A stretch of 64,000 nt of DNA from Anaerolineae bacterium (GCA_022013685.1 JAKLPV010000218.1:5213-69212); one strand, 5' to 3'. Shown: positions 1 to 9,667, counted from the first letter of the stretch. Numbers and translations are program-made. Notes: generated from the sequence alone by a model not told the origin.

Positions 1-1
1 A

Positions 2-1327
2 CCGAGAATAGATGAATTAATTGCAGAGAGTGAAAAGCAGCCACGCAAGCAGCGCTACACCGCGCACAAGATATACGAGATGATTTGTGCAGAAGGTTAT
101 CAGGGTAGCGAAGGCGGCATTCATCGCTATGTCAGCGAACAGCGAACAGCGCGCAAAAAGCGTCAGGCCTACTTGCCGCTGGCCTTTGATCCAGGGCAGG
201 ACGCGCAAGTGGATTGGGGGGAGGTGGTCGCTGTAGTTGGTGGAGAGCGTCAGAAAGTGCAAATCTTCGTCATGCGCCTGAATCACTCGAAAGCGCGTTT
301 TGTGATGGCGTTTCCCTTCCAAAAGCAGGAAGCATTCTTTGAAGGGCATATCCAGGCTTTTCACTTTTTTGGTGGTGTTGCGCGCCGGATTGCTTATGAC
401 AACCTGAAAACAGCAGTCTTTCGGGTGTTATCAGGGCACACTCGCCAGGAGCAAACCAATTTTGTCACCTTTCGGAGTTACTACCTGTTCGAGAGCCATT
501 ATTGCACCCCGGCACAGGGTCACGAAAAAGGTGGGGTGGAAAGCGATGTTGGCTATGCCCAGCGAAATTTCTTTGCCACCATTCCGGATGTTGCGGACTT
601 CGAAAGCCTGAATCAGCAACTGCGTCAGGCTTGCCAGCAAGATATGCAGCGGCGTGTGCGCGGAGAAAGCCGCCAGGTGACCGAAGTCTGGCAAACTGAA
701 CAGGAGGCCTTATTGCCGCTTCCCGCAGTAGATTATCGGGCTTGTATTAGCAAGGTTGTGAAGGTCAACCCATACAGCCAGGTGGTCTTTGAAACCAATC
801 GCTATTCGGTTCCCAGCGAATATAGCGGCAAACAATTGGTATTACGCGCCTACCCATTTTGGGTGGAAGTCCTGAGTATGGATCGGGCTATCGCTAAACA
901 TCCACGCTGTTTTGCACGTGAACAAGACGTTCTTGATCCCTTACATTATCTTGGTCTTCTTGAGCAACGCCCGGGAGCCTTGGATTACGCCATTCCGATT
1001 CGACAATGGCGGCAAAATTGGCCGAAAGCCTATGAGCAATTGCTGAGCGCTCTCCGTGTCAACAAGCCTGGCGGCAGTGGGATCCGCGAGTTCATTGCCG
1101 TTTTGAAATTGCATCGCCAGCATTCGGCTGAAATTGTGAAACAGGCTGTCTGCCAGGCGGTGGAAATGGGCGCTCCGCATTTAGATGGTGTCCTGTTGTG
1201 CCTTCGACAATTGCTCTCACCCCCAGAACTACTGCAAAGTCTCAATCTTGCGCACCCCCAATTAGGCACAGTAGGCCAGCAGCCGGTCTGCATTGATCAG
1301 TACAACCAGCTGCTGCGAGCGAGGTAA
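2..1327 (+). CDS. istA: IS21-family transposase IstA (5' partial; frame is open to the window edge)
   Basis: The frame stays open upstream of the listed Met (PRIDELIAESEKQPRKQRYTAHKIYEMI...). A DDE-type core (DPGQDAQVDWGE, FVMRLNHSKARF) and the length are typical of IstA. Confidence 0.9.
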   Translation, partial: PRIDELIAESEKQPRKQRYTAHKIYEMICAEGYQGSEGGIHRYVSEQRTARKKRQAYLPLAFDPGQDAQVDWGEVVAVVGGERQKVQIFVMRLNHSKARFVMAFPFQKQEAFFEGHIQAFHFFGGVARRIAYDNLKTAVFRVLSGHTRQEQTNFVTFRSYYLFESHYCTPAQGHEKGGVESDVGYAQRNFFATIPDVADFESLNQQLRQACQQDMQRRVRGESRQVTEVWQTEQEALLPLPAVDYRACISKVVKVNPYSQVVFETNRYSVPSEYSGKQLVLRAYPFWVEVLSMDRAIAKHPRCFAREQDVLDPLHYLGLLEQRPGALDYAIPIRQWRQNWPKAYEQLLSALRVNKPGGSGIREFIAVLKLHRQHSAEIVKQAVCQAVEMGAPHLDGVLLCLRQLLSPPELLQSLNLAHPQLGTVGQQPVCIDQYNQLLRAR

Positions 1328-1329
1328 GC

Positions 1330-2082
1330 ATGGACACCAATCTTCTGCTCGAAACTTATCTGCGTCAATTACGCCTGCCTGCTTTTCTCAAGCATTATGC
1401 CCAGTTTGCCACTGATGCTGCACGCAGTAACGAAGACCATGTACGCTTCTTACTGGCGCTTGCCGAACAGGAAGTCCATCAACGCCAGCAGAACATGCTG
1501 CAACAACGGCTCAAGATGGCCCGGTTTCCTGTGTCCAAGGAACTGGCCGATTTTGACTTTTCCTGCCTGCCATCCCTGAACAAAGCCCAGGTTCTCGATC
1601 TGGCCCGCGGCGAATACATCCAGAAAAAACAAGGCCTGATCCTGCTCGGCAATCCTGGGCTTGGAAAAACGCATCTTGCGATCGGGTTGGCCGCAGCAGC
1701 CTGCCGCCAGGGACGCCGGGTGCGCTTTTGGACCGCCGCCGGATTGGTGAATGAGCTCATCCTGGCGCAAGATGAACATCGTTTGCATCGGTTCATCGCT
1801 TCTGCACTCAAACTGGATATGATCGTTCTTGATGAACTCGGCTTTATTCCCTTCTCCGCCAATGGCGCCCAGGCACTCTTCACCTTTTGCTCCGAACTTT
1901 ATGAGCGCGTGGCAATGATTATTACCACCAACTTGAAGTTTGCTGATTGGGTACAAGTATTTGGAGATGAACGCCTCACCGCCGCCCTGCTCGATCGCCT
2001 TACGCATCATGCCCAAATTATCGAACTGCTGGGCGAGTCTTATCGCTTCCGGCAGCGCATGCAGGCTGAAAAGTCCGAATAA
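1330..2082 (+). CDS. istB: IS21-family helper ATPase IstB
   Basis: Walker A GNPGLGKTHLA, Walker B MIVLDELG, ~250 aa, immediately downstream of istA. Confidence 0.93.
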   Translation: MDTNLLLETYLRQLRLPAFLKHYAQFATDAARSNEDHVRFLLALAEQEVHQRQQNMLQQRLKMARFPVSKELADFDFSCLPSLNKAQVLDLARGEYIQKKQGLILLGNPGLGKTHLAIGLAAAACRQGRRVRFWTAAGLVNELILAQDEHRLHRFIASALKLDMIVLDELGFIPFSANGAQALFTFCSELYERVAMIITTNLKFADWVQVFGDERLTAALLDRLTHHAQIIELLGESYRFRQRMQAEKSE

Positions 2083-2285
2083 ACCGGGACAGACTGGTAT
2101 CCCTGATAACGTTGATGAAGGTTTATCGCTTTCAGGCTGCCAGCAGGGCAAAAAAAAGGCAGAAAGACACCTGCTCTTCCTGCCCTGCTGTATAGCCGCC
2201 TGGCAACGCTCGGGTTGCTCCTCAGCATTGCCCTATCCTCTGCCAGGCAAGTCAATTCTAGCATCAGTGCTTTTTTTGTGCCGAA

Positions 2286-2390
2286 AATGGCCTTGTTTTC
2301 AAAATTAAAATGGGCTCGTTTTCAATGTTAATTTTAATCTTGTAACTTACCAAATGGGCTTGTTTTCGAGTAAAAAGTGGGCTCGTTTTC
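2286..2390 (+). repeat. Four direct copies of AA(T/G)TGG(G/C)CT(C/T)GTTTTC at 2286-2300, 2309-2323, 2353-2367 and 2375-2390; probable IstA binding repeats of the IS right end
   Basis: Read directly from the sequence. All copies share one orientation and sit within ~110 nt downstream of istB. Confidence 0.7.
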
Positions 2391-2785
2391 GCTTGCAAAA
2401 AACATTTTATGCTGACACATCACAAGAAGAGATAGAACAGGTTTTTTTTGAAGATGCTTCCCGTGATCGTCTCCACATTCGCCTGATTGCCTTCGAATCC
2501 AATGAACTGGCTGGCACGATTATTTTACGCGAGCGCGGAAGTGTGACGTTACCAGAGTTCCAACCTGAATTAGGAGGATTATATGTCGTTGAGTCTCATC
2601 GAGGCCAAGGCATCGGCACAGAATTGGTTCGGGCAGGCATGAAATTGGCGCTAGATCAAGGTTATGAAACAATCTATGCAACAACCGTTGCAGCAGCAGG
2701 CATCCTGGAACAGCTAGGTTCGGAATTTATCAAAACAATCATTCATGAAGATGAGCAACTGGCATTGTATCGGTGTAAACTATAA
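2354..2785 (+). CDS. GNAT family N-acetyltransferase, probably N-terminally truncated by the IS, with its start codon lying inside the IS end
   Basis: Acetyl-CoA motif A is present (VESHRGQGIGTELV). The first ~15 codons overlap IS terminal repeat copies 3 and 4, and the expected first beta-strand region of the GNAT fold appears to be missing. Confidence 0.55.
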   Translation: MGLFSSKKWARFRLQKTFYADTSQEEIEQVFFEDASRDRLHIRLIAFESNELAGTIILRERGSVTLPEFQPELGGLYVVESHRGQGIGTELVRAGMKLALDQGYETIYATTVAAAGILEQLGSEFIKTIIHEDEQLALYRCKL

Positions 2786-2862
2786 ATGCTGCCCAACGCG
2801 GCATGCACGCGGGCCATTGGGCTACATTTCAGGCACACAACCGTATAGGTCTATATCCAAGA

Positions 2863-3375
2863 ATGATGATTGTCCAGATTCAGCCCATCGAGCCGCAACA
2901 GATTACAGAGGCCAAGCGAGTCATCTTGTCCTTGGCGCGGAACATCTTCCAATGGCAAGCTTCGCTTGACGAGATCATCAAGCGATCCGATGAACAGGGA
3001 GACATCCTCGACTTGGATAACCCTCAAACGCATTACTTCGATCGCCAGGGCTTGTTCCTCGTAGCCCTGGACCAAGGACGAGTGATCGGCACGGGCGCGA
3101 TCCGCCGGCTGGAGGGGGATACGGCAGAACTGAAACGATTATGGTTATTGGAAGCCTATCAGGGGCACGGCATTGGATATCAATTAATGCAGACGTTATT
3201 GCGCTTCGCGCAAACTACAGGCTACAGATGCATCCGCTTGCAGACCGACCGGAAACAGGATCGCGCCATACGCTTTTACAAACGGGTTGGGTTTCAGCCC
3301 ATCAAATGCGACAGCGATGACCCGGACGACATTTGTATGGAGATGGTTCTCTCTCCATTTACAAAGTGTTCTTGA
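2863..3375 (+). CDS. GNAT family N-acetyltransferase
   Basis: Motif A LLEAYQGHGIGYQLM, ~170 aa. Start chosen at the internal ATG 2863 (MMIVQIQP...). Confidence 0.85.
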   Translation: MMIVQIQPIEPQQITEAKRVILSLARNIFQWQASLDEIIKRSDEQGDILDLDNPQTHYFDRQGLFLVALDQGRVIGTGAIRRLEGDTAELKRLWLLEAYQGHGIGYQLMQTLLRFAQTTGYRCIRLQTDRKQDRAIRFYKRVGFQPIKCDSDDPDDICMEMVLSPFTKCS

Positions 3376-3456
3376 CCCTACCCAAGCGCCGGCCGGATAT
3401 CCCAACCCTGCATATCTTAATTTTCAATTCCCAACCTGTCACCACAAGGATAAGCC

Positions 3457-4368
3457 ATGCCCAAAACCCCACTTAACAGCCTGCCCGGCTTGCTGGCCGG
3501 GCTGACCGCCGCAGCCATCTGGGGCGGCATGTACGTGGTCAGCAAAGTCGTGCTGGATGTAATTCCGCCCTTCGCCCTGCTGACCAGCCGTCTCGCGCTG
3601 GGCTTCCTGGCCCTGTGGCTGGTGGTCGCCTGGCGCGGGCGGTCATCGAACCTGCCAGGGCATGGGTTCACGCTCAACCGCAGCCAGTTCATCTCCGCCT
3701 TTTGGGTTGGCGTGGTCGGCTATGGGATTTCGCTCGGATTCCAGTTTGTGGGCACGAAACTCTCGACCGCCGCCAATGGCGCGTTGGTGACTTCGGCGAC
3801 ACCCGCGCTCGTGCTGCCCTTTGCCTGGCTGCTGCTCAAAGAGCCGGTCACACGCCGCAGGCTGCTCGCCATCCTGGTCGCCAGCCTGGGAGTCCTGGCC
3901 GTGATCGACCCGCGCACCGCCGATTTATCGTCCGACCTGTTCCTGGGCAATCTCTCCCTGCTGGGCGCCGCCCTGACCTGGGCGCTCTACTCGGTGCTGG
4001 TGCGCAAAGTCAGCGGACAGGGGATGGATTTGCTGCAAGCCACCGCCGTTTTCCTGCTGGGCGGCCTGCCGATCACCATTCCGCTCGGCATCTGGGAGCT
4101 CTCCACGCAGGGCATGGGCCAGATCACCCTCGCCATCCTCGGCGGAATCCTTTTCCTTGGCATCATCTCAACCGCCATCGCCATGTTTTTATGGAATTAC
4201 GCCTTCGCCCGCCTGCCGGCTGCAGTCGCCTCGCTCACCTTTTTCGCCCAGCCGCTGCTCGGGGCGTTGCTGGGCTGGTTCTTCCTGGGAGAACAAATCA
4301 CCGCCCTGTTCATTCTGGGCGGTGTCTTGATTGGAACCGGAATTCTGATTTCAGCCAGCGAAGGCTGA
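3457..4368 (+). CDS. EamA/DMT family transporter
   Basis: About 10 predicted TM helices, duplicated EamA-like halves, 303 aa. Confidence 0.85.
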   Translation: MPKTPLNSLPGLLAGLTAAAIWGGMYVVSKVVLDVIPPFALLTSRLALGFLALWLVVAWRGRSSNLPGHGFTLNRSQFISAFWVGVVGYGISLGFQFVGTKLSTAANGALVTSATPALVLPFAWLLLKEPVTRRRLLAILVASLGVLAVIDPRTADLSSDLFLGNLSLLGAALTWALYSVLVRKVSGQGMDLLQATAVFLLGGLPITIPLGIWELSTQGMGQITLAILGGILFLGIISTAIAMFLWNYAFARLPAAVASLTFFAQPLLGALLGWFFLGEQITALFILGGVLIGTGILISASEG

Positions 4369-4390
4369 CCCCTGGATACTGGTTACTGCC

Positions 4391-4435
4391 CTTCGACTAC
4401 GCCGCATAAAGAACATGCGGCTCCGCTCAGGGCTT
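4391..4435 (+). repeat. Split repeat CTTCGACT-N23-TCCGCTCAGGGCTT at a convergent gene junction
   Basis: The same two words with the same 23-nt spacing recur at 28543-28587. Here the spacer forms the hairpin GCCGCAT/ATGCGGC. Confidence 0.6.
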
Positions 4436-4457
4436 ATACAAGAAGTCTAATTCTGAT

Positions 4458-5900
4458 TTATTCCCCGATTGTATGCAACAAAGCCATATTCGGGTTGCGC
4501 AGCGCTCCCACCGGGAAACCGCAGATGATGACCACCTGGTCACCGGGGCGGAAGTTACTCGTTTCGAGCAAGTGGTCATCGACATGCTCGATCATCGCTC
4601 GCAGAGTCTCGACAAATTCGATCCTGTGCGGCAAAATGCCCCACAGGAAAGACATCTGGCGGTAGGTATTCTCATCTGAAGTGAAGGCAATCACCGGCAC
4701 CTGAGCGCGCACTTTCGACATCAACCAGGCCGTGCTGCCGTGCATGGTGAAGACAGTAATCCCGGCCACATCGCGGTCACGGGCGATTGCATAGGCGGCG
4801 CGCGCCATGGCAGCGGCATCCGTCTCGCCCAGGCCATCCGTTTCGCGCTGGCCAGGCTGACCCCACTCGAGGAAGTGGCTTTCCGCCTCGCGCGCAATGC
4901 GGTCCATCATCGCTACGGCTTCGACCGGGTATTTGCCCGCGGCTGTTTCGCCGGAGAGCATGATCGCATCGGTGCCGTCAAAAATGGCATTGGCCACATC
5001 CGAGGCTTCGGCGCGGGTTGGCAGCGGGTTAAAGATCATCGATTCGAGCATCTGGGTGGCGGTAATGACCAGTTTGGCCTTGGCGTTGGCGGCATGGATG
5101 ATGCGCTTCTGCATGATCGGCACCCGCTCCGGTGGCACTTCCACACCCAGGTCGCCGCGAGCGACCATGACCCCATCGACCGCATCCAGGATGTTGTCGA
5201 GATCATCGAGCGCTTCCGGGCGTTCGAGCTTGGCGATCACCAGCGGGCGAGGCTGGTTGGCAGGTAACAGGCGTTTAATGGCGTGGCGGACGTGGATGAC
5301 ATCCTGCACCGATCGCACAAACGAAATGGCGACCGCTTCCACACCCTGCACCAGGCCAAAGGCCAGGTCGGCCTCATCTTTTTCGGTAAATCCGGGAATA
5401 CGCAAGCGCACACCTGGCAGGTTGATGCCCTTGTTGGAGGTCAGCGTGCCACCGACCACGACCCGCGCCAAGAGAATGCGCCCCTTAACGGAAACAACAA
5501 CCAGCACAAGCCGGCCGTCATCGAGCAGGAGCCGGTCTCCGGCGTGGACTGATTCGAAAAGTTCCGGAAACGTGACGGAGATCTTCTGCTCCTCGCCATC
5601 CGGCAACGGATCATCCTGGCAATAAACCCGCACCAGCTCATCAAAAGTCAGCTGCATGGGAGCCGCCAAAACGCCTACGCGCAGTTTCGGCCCCTGCAAA
5701 TCGAGCAGGATGCCCACAGAAATATCGAGGGCGGCTGAGACCCGCCTGATGCTGGCGATGCGCGCGGCATGATCTTCGTGAGTACCGTGCGAAAAGTTAA
5801 GCCGGGCAACATTCATGCCCGCTTTGAATAATTTTTCAAGGGTGGCTTCGTCCTGGCTGGCAGGGCCGATGGTGGCTACAATTTTGGCGCGTCGTTCCAT
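4458..5900 (-). CDS. pyk: pyruvate kinase
   Basis: N-terminus MERRAKIVATIGPAS...MNVARLNFSHG and MVARGDLGVE are canonical pyruvate kinase motifs; 480 aa. Confidence 0.95.
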   Translation of the reverse strand: MERRAKIVATIGPASQDEATLEKLFKAGMNVARLNFSHGTHEDHAARIASIRRVSAALDISVGILLDLQGPKLRVGVLAAPMQLTFDELVRVYCQDDPLPDGEEQKISVTFPELFESVHAGDRLLLDDGRLVLVVVSVKGRILLARVVVGGTLTSNKGINLPGVRLRIPGFTEKDEADLAFGLVQGVEAVAISFVRSVQDVIHVRHAIKRLLPANQPRPLVIAKLERPEALDDLDNILDAVDGVMVARGDLGVEVPPERVPIMQKRIIHAANAKAKLVITATQMLESMIFNPLPTRAEASDVANAIFDGTDAIMLSGETAAGKYPVEAVAMMDRIAREAESHFLEWGQPGQRETDGLGETDAAAMARAAYAIARDRDVAGITVFTMHGSTAWLMSKVRAQVPVIAFTSDENTYRQMSFLWGILPHRIEFVETLRAMIEHVDDHLLETSNFRPGDQVVIICGFPVGALRNPNMALLHTIGE

Positions 5901-5925
5901 AAGTTCTTTATCCTTACATAAAAGT

Positions 5926-5955
5926 ATCGGGGCACAGAAAAACCTGTGCCCCGAT
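5926..5955 (-). terminator. Intrinsic terminator candidate after the CoA-transferase gene
   Basis: 12-bp stem ATCGGGGCACAG/CTGTGCCCCGAT, followed on the minus strand by ACTTTTAT. Confidence 0.6.
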
Positions 5956-5975
5956 TTTAACCGCTTTTCGATTTA

Positions 5976-7286
5976 TTAAAGGTAATTCATCTCTTTGGCT
6001 TTACAGGTCAGCTCTTCGCGGAATTCAGGGTGGGCAATATTGATCAGTGCTTGCGCGCGCTGACGTATGGTTTTACCATACAATTCGGCCACGCCATACT
6101 CGGTTACGATAAAGCGAACATGGTTACGGGTGGTTACCACACCCGCGCCTGGCTTTAAGACAGGCACAATCTTGCTGAGACTCGTGCCGTCTCTCAGCAA
6201 CGCCATGCTCGGCAGGGCGATAATGGGCACGCCGCCCTTGGAGCGGGATGCGCCATAGACAAAATCCAACTGGCCGCCCACGCCCGAATAGAGTTTGTAG
6301 CCGATGCTATCGGCGCACACCTGGCCGGTCAGGTCGATCTCGATGGCAGAGTTGATCGCTACCATGCGGTCGTTCTGGGCGATCACAAACGGGTCGTTGA
6401 TGTATTCGGTGCGATGCAGTTCGATGAGCGGATTGTCGTCGACCCAGTCATACAGGCGTTTGGTGCCGATGATGAAACCGGCGATGATTTTGCCGTTATG
6501 GATGGTTTTACGGGCATTGGTGATAACGCCCGCTTCGACCAGGTCGATCACGCCATCTGAAAATAGTTCGGTGTGAATGCCCAAATCCTTTTTGTTATAC
6601 AGATATTTAAGCACCGCATCAGGAATGCCGCCAATGCCCATCTGCATGGTTGCGCCATCGGGGATCAGGTCGGCAATGTGACCGGCAATACTCTCAACCA
6701 CGGCCTGGTCGCCGTCTTCGCTCATCGCCAGCTCCAAAATGGGATAATTTACCGGTACGATATAGTTCAGGCGGCTGACGTGCAGGAAGGCATCGCCCAG
6801 GGTACGCGGCATCTGGTCGTTGACCTCGGCGATAATAATTTTTGCCGATTCAGCGGGGGTCTTGGTCAGGCCAACTTCCACACCCAGGGAACAGAAACCG
6901 TGCTCATCAGGCGGGGAAACATGCACAAACGCCACATCCAATGGCAGGACATTGTTCTTGAATAGCAGGGTGAATTCAGAAAGCAAAACGGGCGTAAAAT
7001 CTGCCCGGCCTTCCTGGACGGCCTTGCGGACGTTATGCCCGATAAAGAGCGTATTGACACGCAGGTGACCTTCCAACTCCGGGCTGACGTATTCCGCCGA
7101 GCCAATCGTCAGGGCGTGACAGAGTTCGACATTCTGCAATTCGGGCGCGCGCTTGACGAGCGCACCCAATAAAAATTTTGGAATGGAAACATTGCCGGTC
7201 AGAAAAACACGATTTCCACTTTCAACACACTTAACGGCTTCATCGGCTGTACAGACACGTGACTGATAGATGCTCTGCCAAGACAT
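5976..7286 (-). CDS. acetyl-CoA hydrolase/transferase family protein (4-hydroxybutyrate CoA-transferase-like)
   Basis: 436 aa. The N-terminal pattern (SADEAV..V.SG..VF) and overall similarity match Cat2/AbfT-type CoA transferases. Confidence 0.85.
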   Translation of the reverse strand: MSWQSIYQSRVCTADEAVKCVESGNRVFLTGNVSIPKFLLGALVKRAPELQNVELCHALTIGSAEYVSPELEGHLRVNTLFIGHNVRKAVQEGRADFTPVLLSEFTLLFKNNVLPLDVAFVHVSPPDEHGFCSLGVEVGLTKTPAESAKIIIAEVNDQMPRTLGDAFLHVSRLNYIVPVNYPILELAMSEDGDQAVVESIAGHIADLIPDGATMQMGIGGIPDAVLKYLYNKKDLGIHTELFSDGVIDLVEAGVITNARKTIHNGKIIAGFIIGTKRLYDWVDDNPLIELHRTEYINDPFVIAQNDRMVAINSAIEIDLTGQVCADSIGYKLYSGVGGQLDFVYGASRSKGGVPIIALPSMALLRDGTSLSKIVPVLKPGAGVVTTRNHVRFIVTEYGVAELYGKTIRQRAQALINIAHPEFREELTCKAKEMNYL

Positions 7287-7289
7287 TGG

Positions 7290-8381
7290 CTATTCTCCTT
7301 CTTCCGGGGCTACCCAACGCTGCAAGTGCCTCATCTCGCCTTTGAATGTGTTAACCCCCATCTCCAGGCTCGCATCTTTGGCAATGGCAGCTTCGGCACC
7401 GCATTCGGCCACTTTCATGATGTAGGGCATGGCCGCATTGACGAAAGCGTGGGTGGATGTGCGCGCCACAACAGCCGGGACGTTCGGGACACAGTAGTGC
7501 AGGATGCCTTCTTCAACATAAGTGGGATGGTCGTGGGTGGTCGGGCGCGAGGTTTCGAAACAACCGCCCTGGTCGATACTCATATCGATCAAAAGCGAGC
7601 GCGGTTTCATGGTCTTGAGCATTTCACGAGTAAGGACGATTGGGGCGCGTTCGCCGGGGACAAGCACCACGCCCAAAACGACATCGGCGTAGTTGCAGGC
7701 GCGTTCGATGTTGCGGCGGGTGGAGATCATCGTTACGATCTGCGGATAGCGGTCGTGAACGCGCTGCAGGGATTCCATGCTCTTATCGAGCACCGTAACA
7801 TGCGCTCCCAGGCCGAGGAAGGCAATCGCCGCGTTGGTGCCGGCCGCGCCCGCGCCGATGATGATCACTTCGGCAGGGGGCACGCCCGCGACGCCGCCAA
7901 GCAGGATGCCTTTGCCGCCGAGGTTATTTTGCAGGAAACGGGCTGCGATCTGCGGGGCCATGCGTCCGCCAATCTGGCTGAGCGAATGCAGAACCGGCAG
8001 CGAACCATCCGACAACTGGATTTGCTCATAGGCGATGGCCGTGGTCTTTTTTTCCACCAACCCTTCGACGCGTCCCTGGCGGGCCGAAGCCAGGTGCAGG
8101 AAACCCATCAGGGTGGTTTCGGGGTTTAGCCATTCGATTTCTTCCTGTACTGGGCGGGTGACTTTGAGCAGCAACTCGGCCCGGCCATAAACTTCGTGGC
8201 CTGAATAAACAATGCTGGCCCCGGCGCGCTCGTATTCCAAATCGCTAAAGCCCGCCCCCAGCCCGGCTTCATGTTCCACGTACGCTGTATGGCCTTGCTG
8301 AACAAGAATTTCAACGCCTGCCGGAGAAACGCCTACGCGATATTCAAAGGGGCGGCGCTCTTTTGGGATTCCGATATTCAT
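7290..8381 (-). CDS. ald: alanine dehydrogenase family protein
   Basis: N-terminus MNIGIPKERRPFEYRVGVSPAGV and a Rossmann loop IIGAGAAGTNAA; 363 aa. Its stop lies 3 nt from the downstream start. Confidence 0.85.
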   Translation of the reverse strand: MNIGIPKERRPFEYRVGVSPAGVEILVQQGHTAYVEHEAGLGAGFSDLEYERAGASIVYSGHEVYGRAELLLKVTRPVQEEIEWLNPETTLMGFLHLASARQGRVEGLVEKKTTAIAYEQIQLSDGSLPVLHSLSQIGGRMAPQIAARFLQNNLGGKGILLGGVAGVPPAEVIIIGAGAAGTNAAIAFLGLGAHVTVLDKSMESLQRVHDRYPQIVTMISTRRNIERACNYADVVLGVVLVPGERAPIVLTREMLKTMKPRSLLIDMSIDQGGCFETSRPTTHDHPTYVEEGILHYCVPNVPAVVARTSTHAFVNAAMPYIMKVAECGAEAAIAKDASLEMGVNTFKGEMRHLQRWVAPEEGE

Positions 8382-8402
8382 AGAGCCTCCATGTGGGTAG
8401 AG

Positions 8403-8434
8403 AAACCCTAAAGGCTGTAAAACCTTTAGGGTTT
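8403..8434 (-). terminator. Stem-loop after rocD (possible terminator)
   Basis: 12-bp stem AAACCCTAAAGG/CCTTTAGGGTTT; on the minus strand it is followed by TTTCTCT. Confidence 0.5.
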
Positions 8435-8438
8435 GAAA

Positions 8439-9644
8439 TTAATCCATTTGCAATACTTCGCGGATTTTCGGCAAAGCCCAGTCAATGGTCTCTTTGTCAA
8501 TCACCAGCGGCGGCGCAAAGCGGATAACGTGGTCGTGGGTCTCTTTAGCCAGGATGCCGCGCGCCTTGAGCGCTTCGCAGAAACGACGCGCACCGCCCGC
8601 AGCCGGGTGCAGTTCGACGCCGATCAGCAGGCCGCGTCCGCGCACTTCTTTAACGTGCTTGCTGGGGACTTCGCTCAACTGCTCGATGAAGTAATTGCCC
8701 AGTTCGTTGGCGCGTTCATCCAGTTTTTCATCGCGTAAGACGCCGATGGCAGCCCTGCCGATCGCGGCAGCCAGCGGGTTGCCGCCAAAAGTCGAGCCGT
8801 GCTCGCCGGGTTGGAACAGGCCCATCAAGTCCGCATCCGCCAGCACAGCCGAGATCGGATAGAAACCGCCCGAAAGCGCCTTGCCGATGATAACCATATC
8901 AGGCCGAACGCCTTCTTCATGCTGGAAGGCAAATTTTCGACCCGTGCGGCACAGACCGGTCTGGATTTCGTCCACGATCAACAGAACGTTGTGCTTTTTG
9001 CAGATTTCAGCAACCTTCTTCAGGTAACCCTTGGGTGGAATAACCACCCCGGCTTCGCCCTGGATTGGCTCGATCGAAATGGCGGCCGTGTTGGGGGTGA
9101 TGGCTTTTTCAAAAGCTTCAGCGTCGCCATAGGGAACCGTCACAAATCCGGGGGTGAAGGGGCCAAAATCATCCCGATAAAGCGGTTCGGTCGAGAACGA
9201 GATGATGGTGGTGGTGCGCCCGTGGAAGTTGCCTTCAACGGTGATGATCTCAGCCTGGTGACGCGGCACACCCTTGACGCGATAGGCCCACTTGCGGGCT
9301 AGTTTGATGGCGGTTTCAACCGCTTCGGCGCCGGAGTTCATCGGCAGCGACATTTCGTAGCCGCTAAATTCGGAGAGTTCCTTGTAAAACAAGGGCAGTT
9401 GGTCATTGCGGAAAGCGCGCGAGGTCAGGGTGACCTTTTTGGCCTGTTCAAGCATGGCATTTAGAATGCGCGGGTGAACGTGGCCCTGATTGACCGCCGA
9501 ATAAGCGGAAAGACAATCTAAAAATTTGTTGCCATCTACATCGTATACCCAGGCGCCCTCAGCCTGCTCGATGACCACGTCAAGCGGATGATAGTTATGC
9601 GCGCCGTACTGTTCTTCAATTTCAATAAACTGTTGGGTTTTCAT
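8439..9644 (-). CDS. rocD: ornithine--oxo-acid aminotransferase
   Basis: EEQYGAHNYHPLDVV...EGAWVYDVDGNKFLDCLSAYSAVNQGH is the classic ornithine aminotransferase N-terminus. Start moved to ATG 9644, which has a GAAAGG ribosome-binding site. Confidence 0.9.
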   Translation of the reverse strand: MKTQQFIEIEEQYGAHNYHPLDVVIEQAEGAWVYDVDGNKFLDCLSAYSAVNQGHVHPRILNAMLEQAKKVTLTSRAFRNDQLPLFYKELSEFSGYEMSLPMNSGAEAVETAIKLARKWAYRVKGVPRHQAEIITVEGNFHGRTTTIISFSTEPLYRDDFGPFTPGFVTVPYGDAEAFEKAITPNTAAISIEPIQGEAGVVIPPKGYLKKVAEICKKHNVLLIVDEIQTGLCRTGRKFAFQHEEGVRPDMVIIGKALSGGFYPISAVLADADLMGLFQPGEHGSTFGGNPLAAAIGRAAIGVLRDEKLDERANELGNYFIEQLSEVPSKHVKEVRGRGLLIGVELHPAAGGARRFCEALKARGILAKETHDHVIRFAPPLVIDKETIDWALPKIREVLQMD

Positions 9645-9667
9645 TTGTTGCCTTTCTGTGTATGGTG

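Larger units (their letters stand above)
1..2397 (+). mobile_element. IS21-family insertion sequence, partial (left end lies outside the window); right end inferred near 2397
   Basis: istA and istB are adjacent, 2 nt apart. They are followed by four direct copies of a ~15-nt motif and a terminal ...TTGCA, as expected for the multiple terminal repeats of IS21-type ends. Confidence 0.8.

Noticed and set aside
2286-2390. Short direct repeats that might be a tiny CRISPR array.
   Set aside because: The repeats are only ~15 nt with irregular 8-29 nt gaps, lie directly after istB, and fit IS21 terminal repeats. No cas genes are present.
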